Below are positions 1 through 18,760 of a stretch of DNA of 64,000 bases, one piece after another (position 1 is the stretch's first letter; each line of letters starts with the position of its first letter). Location: NCBI RefSeq assembly GCF_009914755.1, contig NC_060934.1, one strand, 5' to 3'. The notes below the pieces were generated by a model. The model worked only from the letters and a program-made list of their open reading frames with translations, was not told the origin of the DNA and did not search any database. The translations under genes were made by a program, and so were the position numbers. The stretch comes from the human T2T-CHM13v2.0 reference genome, Homo sapiens.

Positions 1-444
1 CCTAGCAGGAAAAGCAGAATTGGAATAATTTTTCCAAAAAGAGAGGCCAGTTCAGATTAAGGGGATAAGAACTGGGTTTTAAACATACAAATTATTTTTT
101 CTTATAAACACCACTCATATAAAGACATAAGATGTAATAATCACATATAAAAATATAAGAACTAGTTTTAAATTCATTTAAGTGACTGTGTAACTGAACA
201 TGTGTTTGGAGTTCCCCAAATCTATATAACACATAAATTATTATTTGTCATACACTGTCCCCCAGAGTCCCACATAAAAGGGGGAGAAAAATGACATCCA
301 ATATTTTAGTGCCCCTCCAATTATCACAACCACTTTTTAGACCTAATGGAGTAAACTGTGTCTTTATTTAAAAGACACTGCTTCTTGGAGGCTCATATCA
401 TTCAGTTATTGTACTTTCTATACTTTCCCGTCATAGTCATTTTT

Positions 445-900
445 GTATTTGTTTAGTTTTGCTGCATGACAAACTGCCTTAAACCTAATGACTTATAAAA
501 ACAATCATTTGCTCAACTCATAATTCTCCAGGACAGCAATTTGGACTGTGCTCAGCTGGGCTGTTATCTGGTCTCAATTGGAATCACTATTGCTTTTAGA
601 TTAACTGAGAGGTGACTAGACTAGGACAATAACAGCTGGGACCATGTATTTCTTCTTGATGTCATCTGTCATTCCCCAGCAGAGTAGCCTAGACTGATTC
701 ATATGATGGCTGGGAGGGTTATACAAGAAAGCAAGTGGAAACATTCAAGATTTTTGAAGCCTAGGCTCCAAATTGGCTTCCATCCTTTCCACCACATAAT
801 AAGTACATCCACTGAGACAAATTATGAGATGAACACAAATTCAGGGGCACAGGAAATAGACTCCTAGATGGGAAGATTTAAAGAGCTTTAATTGTCAAAG
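445..900 (-). mobile_element. MLT1-type MaLR LTR
   Basis: Typical MLT1 reverse-strand text (gctgcatgacaaactgccttaaacctaatgactta...gctcagctgggc...). Confidence 0.55.
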
Positions 901-939
901 ACATGGATACAGAGAGACATGAAGGCTCATATTCATGCT

Positions 940-1380
940 TGCAAGCTCTTACTCTTTCTCATCTTCTGATGTCCTCTCCTCAGGCAATGATTTTCTTCTT
1001 TGAATCATGACCCATGTCATTTCCCCAGCACCAGCCATCATTATGGCTGACTTGGGATCTCTATGTGGCACTCCAGCCTCTCAGGTCTTAATCTCTTCAT
1101 CTACAGACCTTTACCTCCATGCCACATTGGTCATCTGTTGCCTTGCCACATCCTGGGCCTCGTCTCCACTGGAGTAAATTTACCTTTGAAATGGAAGTAA
1201 ACGCTCCACTTTCTGACATAATCTCACTCCTTTTGGCTCTCATTATGACTGACCCTTTTTCATTGACATTATTGGTATTTTTAGGCCTTTGGCCTTTCTG
1301 CCTGTATATCACTTCCTATATTTCTTAGATTCTATGCTAAAGCCATTTAATCATTCTCCTGGCTATATCTCCAACTTTTT
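940..1380. mobile_element. L2 LINE fragment
   Basis: Pyrimidine-rich degenerate L2-like sequence (ccagcctctcaggtcttaatctcttcatctac...). Confidence 0.4.
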
Positions 1381-1442
1381 TAAAAAAATATATCTCAGTA
1401 GTTTTGCAGTTCAGGTGCCATTCCTTAAAGAACAATAGCCAT

Positions 1443-1753
1443 GGCTTGTTTTGATGACTCACATCTGTAATCACAGCACTTTGGGAGGCCAAGGCGGAGG
1501 ATCCACTTGAGGAGGATCACTTGAGGTTGGAGATCAGCCTGAAAAACACAGACCCTGTATCTACAAAAAAATTAACAATTAATTGGGAGTGGTGGCATGC
1601 ACCTATAGTCATAGCTGCTTGGGAGGCTAAGAGGATCCCTCGAGTTCAGGGGGTTCAAGGCAGCAGTGAAGTATGATTGCACCACTGCACTCCAGCCTGG
1701 GTGATAGAGCAAGATCCTGTCTCAAAAAAATAGAAATGAAAAAAAAAAAAAAA
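1443..1753 (+). mobile_element. AluJ
   Basis: Diverged Alu dimer with A tail. Confidence 0.85.
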
Positions 1754-2984
1754 CCCAGCCATAACCAAACACAACACCCAGCAGGACATTAAAGACGAAA
1801 TGGGGCCTGTAAAACTACATATCTAAAAAGGGGACCTACATAGTTTTAGCTCTTGCCTGATTTGCAGTTCACATTTGTTGATCCTTGCCAAGGTGGTTGT
1901 TGTTATTCTTCTGGACAATATGGAGTCCTTACATGTGTTCCTTGTTTATTGCAGTATTTTAGCTCAGGCCATGACATTAGCAAAGCAAAAAAAGACTATG
2001 CATATTTACAAAGGGTCAGAGAAAAAAACAAAACAAAACAAAACTTTTTTTTCCTTATGAGCTTCTGGCAAATAAACTTAAAGCTGCACTGGGAAAATGT
2101 GATAGTTTCCACTCCACCCTCTTGAGTCTCCTACCACCCTGGTCTCTCTTCACCCCCCTGAAGAGAGCTAGAAGAGCACAGTAAGTCCTTGGATAGCTCC
2201 TGTGCCAGAAGTCACTTTTAACCTCTCAGAAATGGAGGAACAAATACTTACAACCTATAAAAAGATCATAAACACTGCAAACCATCGAGGCCAAGTGGGA
2301 AAATATGGCATTTAAGAGGGAGAGAATGAGCGTCCAAGTTACTACTTGTAATTGAATGTATTGAAATCCTCAGACCGGTGAAACCTTCTGGTTATACAAG
2401 GGCAACACTGGAAGACACACTTTATTCTCTCCCTCTCTGATGCTAACTGCAACTGGAAGTTCATTTCATCTTTAAAAAATAAGTACACTCTTCTTTTACC
2501 TCAAATTTCACCATTTTATTTCAATATTTTGGGAACAATTAAAGCACTAGAAACAGAGGGGGCATTTAGACTCCTGAAGGTGATAGTTCTCTCCAGGTCA
2601 CAGAGCCAACGCTACATTTTATGCTCAGAATTTGAACACAGGTTTTCTGCTATGTTCTGCATTCTTCTCCCTGTACTAGAAGGGCAGAACTAATGCAGTT
2701 ATATATCACTTTTTAAAAATATACTTGTTTTCTTTTATTGTATTGCTCTAGATACTGACGCATCATAGTCAAAACAAACTGAACCAAGAACAACAAAAAT
2801 TAAAGCAAAACGATGTATTTTTCATACCCTCCTGCCACCTTCCCTGTGTCACTTGCTGCTTTTAAACTTATGCCTAAAGGGAAATGATCATTGATGAATG
2901 CGTACATCATTACACTTGAATGAAAGACTCACTGAAGTGTCAGTGACCAAAGGAGCAGAAATACACCATTTAAAAATAATTGCA

Positions 2985-3300
2985 GGTAAGGCATGATGGC
3001 TTGTGTGCAGTGCCTCATGCTTGTAATCCCAGTACTTGGGGGTTGAGGTGGGAGGATCACTGGAACCCTGGAGTTTGAGATCAACCTGGGCAACATGGCA
3101 AAACCCTGTCTCTACAAAAAGTGCAAAAATCAGCCAGGTGTGGTGGTGCATTCCTGTAGTTTATCTACTTGGGAGGCTGAAGAGGGAGAATCACCTGGAA
3201 TGGTAAAATTACCTGAGCCAGGGATCAGGCCACTGCACTCTAACCTGGTGAATGGCAGTGAAACCCTGTCTCAAAATAAAATGAAATGAAATGAAATAAA
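2985..3300 (+). mobile_element. AluJ
   Basis: Diverged Alu dimer, (aaatg)n tail. Confidence 0.85.
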
Positions 3301-3310
3301 AATAATTGCA

Positions 3311-3445
3311 GAGTTGTGTGTGGTGGCATGCACCTATAATCCCAGCTACTCCAGCATATGAGGCAGAAGGGCTGATTGAGCCCAGGAGTTCAAGAGAAGC
3401 CCAGGCCACATAGTGAGATGCCTATCTCATTTTAAAATAAAAAAT
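3311..3445 (+). mobile_element. Alu monomer (FLAM-like)
   Basis: Single Alu arm. Confidence 0.7.
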
Positions 3446-4048
3446 ACAATTTAAAATAACTACAGTATAGTCAGTGAATGACCCTCCAAAGAGGAATCAA
3501 AGAGGTGGCTTAGAGGCAATCACCCGCTTAGAAATGCGCTGCAACATAAACCTTTGTATTTGAATTAGCTATTTTAAACAGAAAAAACATTTTCTCTTCA
3601 AATTAAGAATCTTTTAAATCATTACTAGTTCTCAGTGTCAGTGTTGGAACAGTGCCCACAGTAATGGATGGTACTTAACCCACACTTGATTAGTGGCAGT
3701 TTTCAAATTACGGTCCATTCACCACTTACGTTGTAATCACTTGCAGAGAGAGTTGCAAAAGAAGATTCCTGGCCCAAGAGCTGGCCCACACAGTCAGATC
3801 CTCGTGGTAGTGAAGCCAGTGGGTGGATGGCAAGTGCAGTGGGGAGAAGGATGTATCTTCGAGGAAATCCCTTCAAGTGTGGAAAGTGGCATCACTGGAG
3901 ATCATGTGCATCTCAGATACTGTTGAGACTGTTTTTCACAGAGAGGGGGTTAAGTTGCAAAGAGTCTTGTCTCCCAATCACACAAAGGATGCATTTATAA
4001 TTTCAGTATTCATAATTTGAGTATTGTCTCTACATTGAAACCTCAGTA

Positions 4049-4050
<2 letters not shown>

Positions 4051-4101
<51 letters not shown>

Positions 4102-4370
4102 CAGGGTCTCACTCTGTCTCTCAGGCTGCAGTGCAGTGGTGTGATCATAGTTCACTGCAGCCTCGACCTCGGGCTCAAGTGATCCTCCCACCTCAGCCTC
4201 TCAAGTGGCTGGGACCACAGGTGTGTGGCACTGTGCCCATCAAGTTTTTTGTATTTTTAGTAGAGATGGGGTTTTGATCTACCAAGCTTGCCCAGGGTGG
4301 TCTCGAATCCAGAGCACCCACCTTGGCCTCCTAAAGTGCTAGGATTCCAGACATGAGCCACTGTGCCTGC
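4051..4370 (-). mobile_element. AluJ with long poly(T)
   Basis: Pure T run of >40 nt followed by reverse Alu. Confidence 0.85.
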
Positions 4371-4742
4371 TCTGAGACCTCACTATTTTTTAAGGAACAC
4401 ATCTGAGTTCTTCCACCCTGGCTGCTGACATATTGCACACAGAATCTGGGTTTCAACATGCATAAGAAATTTACATGAAAAAATCTGCATCAGAAGTCCT
4501 CACAGGAAACATGGCAGTGGTCTCTAATAAACTCTGACGTGAATCAAATACTTGAGTTGGAATTAATACCTCAGACAGCCACAAGGCCAGGGCAAAGAAG
4601 AACATGTTCCACTTGCATATTCATTTTTTCAAAACTCTTTCCTGTCTAGGCATCCCCCAATCCGAAGCCCAACACCCACCTTTAACAATGGGTGCTGTAT
4701 TCCAATAAAAATGTGAATTTGAGTTATATTTTAAAATATTGA

Positions 4743-5082
<340 letters not shown>

Positions 5083-5230
5083 TCATTAGAGCAATGAACG
5101 AATCACAGTTTCTCCAAATGAATAGATCATGTAAGTTACTTGCTTATAATTAGAACAATACAACTCACAGAAGTTTCCAGTGTCATTAAGTATAAACTAA
5201 TGTTTCATTAATGAGAAAAGCGAGGCTTAG

Positions 5231-5601
<371 letters not shown>

Positions 5602-6058
5602 GGAACATGGACTTCTCAACTCCAATGTAGTTTCTGTCTATTCCATCAGCAGACTTCCCTTTCTTTACATAAATGGTAACTTTCAGATATATCATATAAA
5701 GGCGTATTAAACAGCATTTATTGATGATTTGTTTCACGGGAATAGATAACGAAAGCACACGGTACATGTGAAAGCATATGAAAGCATTCAGGAAGACCAT
5801 ATTCATGATGAGAGGGGACCTCCTAACGTAGGGTCTGGCCTGGGTCACTTGAGGGTGAAAAAAACATTAATTAAAATTGTGTATTTTATAAAATAATTAT
5901 TAAATGACTGTCAGACTGACATTAGTTATATTGAATATTATATATTCAAAAACTTTTCAGAAATAAAATTATTCATAAAAATAAGCTATACGTATATAAA
6001 AGCAAAAACTTCAAACAGCCATTATTTTATTTGAGCATTAGAAATAACAAACAGAATA

Positions 6059-6345
6059 GGGCTAGGCATGGTGGCTTACGCCTGTAATCCCAGCACTTTG
6101 GGAGGTCGAGGCATGTGGATCACGAGATAAGGAGATCGAGACCATCTTGGCTAACATGGTGAAACCCCATCTCTACTAAAAATACAAAAAAATTAGCCGG
6201 AAGTGATGGTGGGCGCCTGTAGTCCCGGCTACTCAGGAGGCTGAGGCAGGAGAATGGTGTGAACCCAGAAGGCAGAGCTTGCCGTGAGCAGAGATTGCGC
6301 CACTGCACTCCAGCCTGGGCGACAGAGCGATACTCTGTCTCAAAA

Positions 6346-6392
<47 letters not shown>
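6059..6392 (+). mobile_element. AluY with (TAAA)n tail
   Basis: AluY-type text; TAAA microsatellite at about 6344-6391. Confidence 0.9.
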
Positions 6393-6399
6393 CAGAAGA

Positions 6400-8060
<1,661 letters not shown>

Positions 8061-8859
8061 TAAAATAAATAATTACAGATTTTTTCTACACAGAGTCACT
8101 ATAGCGAGGTCTTCTTTGCCTGCATTTGTTTTCTTGCACTTAACCTGTAGTTTCCCAGGTGTCCCTCTGAGCAGTCCACCTGGCCTTGTGCATCTCCCAG
8201 GCCCTAGCAATGACCATGGCACCAACAGCCGAGGTGAGCTGATGTTCAGCTATGGGAGCATCAGGGACGGCAGCTGACTTTCCCACGTCCACCCAAGCGT
8301 TGAAGGATTCTGCTATCCCAGGCATTGGTGTCAGCACACAACCTCATTACAGCCACAGGCACCCTACATGAGGCCAGTGACACTGAGATGCTAGGTCTGT
8401 TTGGAAAAGAGGGGCAGAAGCCAGAAGTGAGAAGGGGCAGTATCCAAATCCACCCCAGTGCATTTTAAGGCAGCAGTTAAATATTATAGTTTATTTTAAG
8501 TGAGAAAACATCAATATTCATGCTAAATGGACAGGAAGTGGTTCAACAGCTATAAACCAAGACTGTGCAGGACATGCAAGTTATGACATTTTTTAGGACT
8601 TAGATGAAAGGAGGTTCTTATCTTGCATTATTTCAAGGTACTGATGGGGCAGATGACATGTCTTTGTTATTGGCAACAAAAAAGAGTGCCTTTTTTGGTA
8701 TTTGTCCCAAAGCCTTTTTTGAGAGAGCCTCTTCCACCCTTTAAGTATGCTCTTTAGGAATTAATCTAGCCATGACTCCCAGGGTTTAAAGCTCACGGGG
8801 TTTCTCCTAATCCATGCCCCTGTAGGACATTTCATCAGGAGCCTCCACTTACCTAGTTA

Positions 8860-9020
8860 AGTGGCTTGAAAGATGACCCCAATTCTGAAATGAGATGCCA
8901 CCCTGAGCAGAGGGCCAAGCCAACCTGTGCCCAGATTCCTGACCCAGGGAACTGTGAGATAATATATTGGTGTTGTTTTAAGCTGGTAAATTTGTGGTAC
9001 TCAAAAAGCAATGCAACTTT
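8860..9020 (+). mobile_element. MLT1 LTR 3' part
   Basis: cccagattcctgacccagggaactgtgagataa...tgttttaagc...aatttgtgg. Confidence 0.65.
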
Positions 9021-9104
9021 AAATAAAAATATCAACTGGAATAAACTAATTTTATTTATATATGTGCATCTATTTGTGTATCTGTGTATGTATACATACA
9101 TCGA

Positions 9105-9555
9105 CAAAGAGGCTGTCCCTAACCAAACTCTAGACAGGCTCCTCTGAGCTCATTTTTGACTAGGCCTCATCCTTGGTGTGTTCTCCAGCGCCCAGTTTTA
9201 GTAAGACTCCCGCCAAGTTGGTTTAGCCAGAATCTCCCACCCTTGAGATCTGATCCAAGTCCTTATTTTCCACCATCCCCCAAGTGATTATCTGATCACC
9301 CCAGCTTGCATTCAGCAAGAATCCCGTCAAGTCCATTTAGCCAGAAATCCTTCACCTCGCTGTCTTATTTCAGTAATTTTCCATCATCCACTGACCACCA
9401 ACTTGGCTTCTTGGCTATAAATCCCTACTTACCCACGTTGTATTAGGAAATGAGCCCAGTTCTATACTGAGGCCTCTTTTTCCCTGTTTTGACAGTCCTT
9501 GATTAAAATCTGTTTTTACTACTTTTCTCTCCAGCTCTCATTTTTCTTTAAAAAC
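9105..9555 (+). mobile_element. ERV1 solo LTR (MER31/MER67-like)
   Basis: gacaggctcctctgagc...gactaggcctc...cccagttttag...agcaagaatcc; TATA (ggctataaat) and attaaa signal. Confidence 0.6.
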
Positions 9556-11658
9556 ATAGGCATATGTAATAAACACATAAAATGCACACAGCCTATCCAC
9601 AAACTCATGGGTCATTTATAAGAAACTAGACAGCATATGGTAATATATACATTCATGTGTATTGTATACATGTATACATTACTTACTGGAGAAGTGAGGA
9701 GTTTCCTTTAACTGGGATATTAATGAGGCCTTTAACTGACCCAAAGAAGTTTGTTGTGATTTAATTTTTTCCTCCTGTTCTATTTCTTCAGTAAACCTGG
9801 CAATAGTCTAACCTTAAAAATGGAGTTGATGTCCTTATAGGTCATTATCTTTAAATAAAACCAAAGCAGGTGTTTTCTCTTGGATGTATTAAAAATACCT
9901 AAAAGGTAGCTTAGATTGACTTGTGGCACAACAAATGCATTTAATGTCAACTAATGCAAGCCATTGAAGGTGTGGCCACTGAACATTTGATTTTATAGGA
10001 AAGAATATCTAGAGTATTTTTTAGAATAACATGGCTGTGCTATTGCTTATCTTTTGGAAAGCATCCCAGGTTTGCTTATTCTCTGCCTTCAATATTGAGT
10101 TGAAGGATTTTGGGAAAAGGGACTTGTGAAACATATCCCTTCTATTCCTGGAAAACTAGAAATATAAAGTGTTAATAATATCAGTGTCACTGTGACCTCC
10201 TCCACTGACAGGACTGGTTTATGCCAGGTCATTTTTCTGGCACACAGGGAATAGCTTTGACAGATTGGTAGCTTTTTTTTTTAAGATGGGAGACATCTAA
10301 AATATTTATGTTTTCCTCTCTTAGTCCCTTCTCTAATATTTAGAAATGTTCTCAGACTTTAAAACAATGCACAAGGCTTCAGTTTTCTGTCATTTGACTT
10401 TAGAAGGAAATGTTTGTTGATAATAATTATCCTCTTATATAAAATTTATGTATAAAAATCTCACCTCCGAATATATTAAATGACAAAATTACTTTATAAA
10501 ATGTTTATGCACACTTTATAACCTTAAGTTTTCATTTGGCCATGTAAAAGTACAAGGTGCAGTAGACTTCAACAGTCTTGAGTGCCAGGAATAATTCAGA
10601 AAGAGAAAATAGTTGACAAATGAATTGAAAGAGTCCTAATCCAAAGATGGTAAAAATGTAGAAAGACCTTGATGGCTTTCTGGGTATCAGTTTCTTAAGC
10701 AGTCCAAACCTAAGCTTAGAAGAAAAGCTCAGCATTGAGCACTTTCACCTTCATGGGTAAGTTTCAGCTTACTCTTGCCAAGAGAAGAAGGCAGAATTAG
10801 TTTGAAGTATGCAGCCTTTTTGTAAACTTTCCAGATATCGAAATAAATTTTGATATATAAATGCATTTTCTGAGATGATATGCCTCAGTTTCTATAGCCA
10901 TTTCACCTGGAATATCTAATCAGTCCTATGAGTGTATTCCTACATGTGCCCAGCTTCTATGAAAACCAATTCACTGCCTTATGGCAATTAAGTACGTTAT
11001 TTAAGGAGGAAAAAAATTAAATTGTTGAATCGAATGTGTAGGCTTCTTACCATTATAGAATTTCTCTTTGCACATTAGTTAATGACTTAATCTAAATTTT
11101 AAGTGTTTAAAAATAGTTAATTGTCCTTCATCAAACTTGTATTAAATAGGTCCATTTATGTATGGAAGAGGGAAAGAGTTCATATAAGCTGGACACAAGC
11201 TCATGTGCCTGTGAGTCAGTAAAGACTGAAGTAATGTCCCATGTTGAGTTGGTTATTTTGATATATGATGATTAACATCTTTGAGGTAAAACAATTTTTT
11301 AACTGGAAAATCACAAGATATATTCATCATATTTTTCAAGAAAGATAGTTTTTTTCCTGCATGGCAAATAGGTTAAAGTAACACTCTATGGAAATTGCAT
11401 TTAGGTTCTAAAAAAATAATCTGTAGAGATATCTATGCAATATATAGTTCGTTCAGATTAGTTTTCATTCGGGGAATGAAGTTCTGAAATGTCTCCAAAG
11501 TAGTTTACTCATCAATTTAAAAGTCCTCCAATAGGAGAATGATTGGACCATGGTGTGTGGTAGTGGAAAAGAAAAGCTCCCTCCGTTTTTTGAAGGGAAT
11601 AACTTTAAAAAACACTTAAACTTTTGTTTACTTGGTACAGTTAAGAATTCAACTTGTC

Positions 11659-12010
<352 letters not shown>

Positions 12011-12019
12011 TCAAACAAA

Positions 12020-12869
<850 letters not shown>

Positions 12870-12959
12870 TTGGAATACATTTATATGTGTTAAAACTATA
12901 TAAAAGAGAAAGTGACTGACGAATGGTGAATGATTATAGCGGCAAGAAAACATGGAGAT

Positions 12960-13130
12960 TTTAAGTGCAGACTCGGGAATTAAACTGCTCTGCTTCCAGC
13001 TCTACCACTAATTAACTGCGTGACTTACTTGACCTTGGTCAGTTGTCCAATATCTCTATGCCACAGTGTCCTTATCTAAAGAAGGGTGGTACATGCACCT
13101 ATGTCATACGATTATATATGGATAAGTGAC
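12960..13130 (+). mobile_element. MIR
   Basis: ccagctctaccactaattaactgcgtgac...gaccttgg...ctctatgcc. Confidence 0.6.
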
Positions 13131-13291
13131 TTTAAATCTCATCGCATGTGTGTTTATTATTCAGACTGAGTTCTAGATGATAGTTACCTCTAGTGGGGAT
13201 GAGGAGGCAGAGCAATGCAATTTGAAAGGGGAGTACTGGGGCCCCAAACATTTTCTCAAATCAACTGCATCACATGGTTGATACAGCCTCA

Positions 13292-13600
<309 letters not shown>

Positions 13601-13694
13601 CATTTTATGTTATTTTTGTAAACTCCACATATACACTGCATGTCTCTTCTATGTGTCTTATATTTTACATTTTTTAAAGTTAGGTTTTAGACTA

Positions 13695-13952
<258 letters not shown>

Positions 13953-15977
13953 TTAAGATTGATAAACAAATGTGTTTATTCTTCTATTTCCAAAAATTGG
14001 TATTTAAATATTACTTGTTGCTAAATTGACTTCCTTTTAAACGGCACTTGGTGTACACATACCAAATAGTTTTCAATCTGTGCATTTGGCTATGGTGAAG
14101 CTTCTAAGGAATAAACTATTTCCTCTGGGCAAGGATCCGTTTGTAGGACTATGAAACTATCAATTTGCTTTAAGAATTTGGTATGGCTTAGTAAATTTGT
14201 AGCTGGCATGGCCTCTCTGGTTTAATTCGTATTTAAGGAAAGTAAAGTACAGTAAATCAGTTTTTCCAAAGTGACTTCGTTTTTCTTACAAGTCCTCCCA
14301 ATGCATTGTTCATGTCTCAATAAACACAAAAATTTCTTGTAGCTTTTTTCCAATGGCTCAGGAGACACAGATGACAAAACATGGGTTCATGTCCTACGTT
14401 AAACCAGTCTGGAGCCTTCTATCACTGGTCTGCAGTGATGGAAATCTGTCCTGATATGTCATCTTTGAACCTGTTCTTTCATATAAATACTTTGGTTGTA
14501 ATCACTGCCTGTTTTAGCTGTTTGTGTCCCTGGGATGCTGTTATGTTTATCTGTTTGGGTTCTCTTCTCTGCCGTTTTCATTCACAGCTTTATGTAACCC
14601 TGAACACAGCTCCAACAAGATCTCACATGGGTGAAGAACAGAGGTTTGGATGTCAGTGATTTTGTCGATGATTAAACAGTTAATACACAACAAAGCTGAA
14701 ACCAGAACCAAGTACTACCAGATCCCTAGCAAACGTGTGTTTCACTTCTTCATTTGGCCTTTCCTTTCACTTAGTGCTTCTTAGTACGTCCGTAAGAGTA
14801 GGTGCATTTGCATTGCCCTGCAAGGTGTTCTGACCACTTTTCCCTCTAAATATTAATAAATATCATCCAATGAACAGCACACCTTAGAGGCCAAATAGAA
14901 CTGGCCAAATAGAACACAGGAGCCAATCAACAAATATTTGATGAAAAGGAAGAAGAAAAGGGTGAAAATAGTAAGTAAAAGTCAGCACAGCTTCCTCCTC
15001 ACTTGCCATCCGGCACTGCACACCTGCCTGCCATGTGCTATTGAGGGATGGTCATGTCCTTCACACCTGTCACACACTATCTTACTAAAGTTCTCAAATA
15101 AATAACCTTAGGTTATTTAACTGACCTTGACAAATAGGAAAGATAGGCAGAAGTCAAGATCTAGTGTGCAAAATATCTGATTTCTGTGCATTTTTATTGC
15201 TTTTGTTTCTTTGCAGTCTTTGTCTTTCTGGCATCTCCCTCTCTTTTTTCTCTGTGTGCTCCCTCCTCCTCCTTTGCACTTTTCCCCATATTTTGGCTAA
15301 ATGCACCTGTGGCACCAAACCACAGTGTGGAGCCGAGACAACAGAGGGTCACTGAGCCGCATACTAACTGCAGACAATCTGCCTTGGAAAGCATCTAAAA
15401 AGGAATGGGCAGCTTCAGCTGAAATTGGATAAATCCTTCTGTAAATCGAGAGCCTCTAATAAGCCTTTTATTACAATTAAAGAAGATATTGTGCATTAAA
15501 TTGGAATCAGTTGTTGCTGATGGGGAAGCATTAAAATCAATTATTTTAAAAACGGATTGTTTTTCAATTGGCTTTTCAGTTTTCTTTTTTAAGACTACTT
15601 TTTTGCTTTTCTGGAAAATAATCAAAAGAGTAAATGTGAAAAAGTGAAACAGAATTCAGTGTGAAAAGAAAAGGTTAAACCTGGTAACATTAGGTGGATT
15701 GCTTGTCAGTTTGCACATGAAGCAGAGGTTTATTATGGAATTGGACATGATGTTTCAGAATATCATTTGTGGCTCCTCCTGCCTCCAATACTTACTGATC
15801 CCCAATTATTTCGCAGCTAGGTCTTGCATTACATAAATCCTACACTGCATAATCTAGGATCCCTTGAAAGGAAGCTAATAAGAATACTTAATGGGTTTAC
15901 CATGTCATTGACTTTAAATTAGGACTTCCATCCTAGAATGAGAAGTGTGAACATGGATTAAAAACCCAGGGGCCAGA

Positions 15978-16717
<740 letters not shown>

Positions 16718-17229
16718 TGGAAAATATAAATTCTAAAATAAATTCTATATTCTTTTCTTTGAAAAAAATTAAGTGTATTTTATAACATTTTACCTGACTC
16801 CATTGTTCTGTCTCAGAACTCCCGAATATTATAAGCAAATTTATTTGTGTATATATAGATGCACATCTTTCTGGAGTGTGGGTACAGTAATCTCCAACAA
16901 TGATTTTTACTTTTAGTGATCCCAAAATGATGAAGAATTACTACTGTATAATCTCTTTTCAACTTGAAAAACAATGTGATAGAAGTGTCTGGCTTTCCAT
17001 TTATTGTGGTTTTTTTATTTGAAAAGAGCCTAAATCAAAGCTCTTCGGTTATAAGAAACAGAAGCCCAAATGACTGAGCTGAAGCAGATCAAAGCTGTCT
17101 ATTAATCAGGGCAAACAACAGAAAGAAAATCCAGTTGTTTTAAACAGACACCTAATTTATTGGATGAATGTCATGGAGTTCCCAGATTTGGCTGGAAGGT
17201 TGAGGAACCAGGTTTAAAAATATAGGCAG

Positions 17230-17352
17230 CAGCTGGGTGCAGTGACTTGTGCCTGTCATCTCAGCTACTCAGGAAGCTGAGGTGGGAGAATTGCTGGAGC
17301 TCAGGAGTTTGAGAACAGCCTGAGCAACTCAGCAGGAGCCATCTCTAAAATA
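17230..17352 (+). mobile_element. FLAM monomer
   Basis: Single Alu arm. Confidence 0.7.
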
Positions 17353-17619
17353 AGGAACATAGACAGAAACTGAGGCATACCATTGGAGGAAAGTCAAAAT
17401 CCAGACAAGAAAAGAGTATGATTAGGGCCTTGTTGCTTCTAGCAAAGAGCCCTGCAGGACACAGCAGTGCTGGTAGAACCAGCACTGGGCTTTACCAGTT
17501 CTGCAGATGCTTGAAGAAGCTGAAATAAGTCTTAATCACCTGATTATCTGCAAAATTAAATGTATATCATTGTTCTTGGTCATAGAAAAAATATTGTTCA
17601 TCAATATCCTTCACAATAT

Positions 17620-18007
17620 CTGTCTTGTCCATTTTGTGTGGCTTTAACAGAATATCATAGACTGCATAATTAATAGTAAAGAGAAATGTATTTCCTACAG
17701 TTCTGGTGGCCGACAGGTCCAAGATTGGGAAGCTCGCATCTGATGGGGCCTTCTTGCTGTGTCATCTCATGGTGAAAAGCCAAAAGGCAAAGAGTATAAG
17801 AGAGAATAAGAGGAAGCCAAACTCATCCTTTTATAAACTACTCCCATGATAAGGAACCCACTTCTGCAATAACAGCCTTAATCCATTCATGAGGCTGGCA
17901 TCCTCATGACTTAGTCACTTCTTAACTGTTCTACCTTTTAACACTATTGCAGTGGGGATTAAGTTTCCAACACATGCTTTTTGGAGGACACATTTAAACC
18001 ATAGCAG
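17620..18007 (-). mobile_element. MaLR LTR (MSTD/MLT1A-like)
   Basis: tgtcttgtccattttgtg...cagttctgg...catttaaaccatagca. Confidence 0.7.
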
Positions 18008-18586
18008 TATCTTTGTGCATACTTGAAAACTGAGCTTTAAGGCTGTTCTTCAAATTTAGAAGACTAGTTCTCTTCTCATGCAATGTGAATTTCCAGAGAA
18101 TGTAGACAATCCATTTATTGTCCAGAGAATGTAGACAATCCAAAGCCGTTGTCCAGCTTTTAGGAGGACAACGATAGCAGTCAAAACAGCCCTCCTAATG
18201 TATATGCATTCACATATCGACATTTTGTATTCTCAACGTCAAAAAATTGTTACATTTCAATGAATGAAATACCAATTATCATTTATATTCATCCTCTTAA
18301 GACCATTCTCTATCTAGATCTAAGACAGACAAACAGATCAAATAAAATTATCATAGAAAATAAATTTAAGTGAGAAAAAGCATACAAGAAGATCAAGATA
18401 ATATGGTTCAGATTTTAAAAATGTATCTATTAAAATGCTATAAGAACAATTATATGACTAGATAAGTCAGATGAATATAACATTCAAAATAATAATCTGA
18501 ATATTTTTGCCAAATATCATTTTGGTCCATTACGTTGATGATATTTGGGTAACTGGGCCGGTTAGCAGCAAGTTCCAAATAATCTA

Positions 18587-18760
18587 GACCCTTGCTACTC
18601 AGAGTGGTCCACGGACAAGCAGTATCAACATTGCTTGGAAGTTTGCTAGGTATGCAGAATCTCAGGCTCTATCCCAAACTTGCTGAGTTAGAATCTGCAT
18701 TTTACCAAAATTCTTAGCTGATTGCCATATACATTTAAGTATGAGAAGCATTATTCTATT
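18587..18760. mobile_element. MER5A hAT-Charlie MITE
   Basis: gctactcagagtggtcc...tgcagaatctcaggc...gaatctgcattttacc...tgagaagca. Confidence 0.7.

Noticed and set aside
17465-17487. Perfect 10-bp stem cagtgctggt-aga-accagcactg
   Set aside because: Isolated and short, with no context suggesting function
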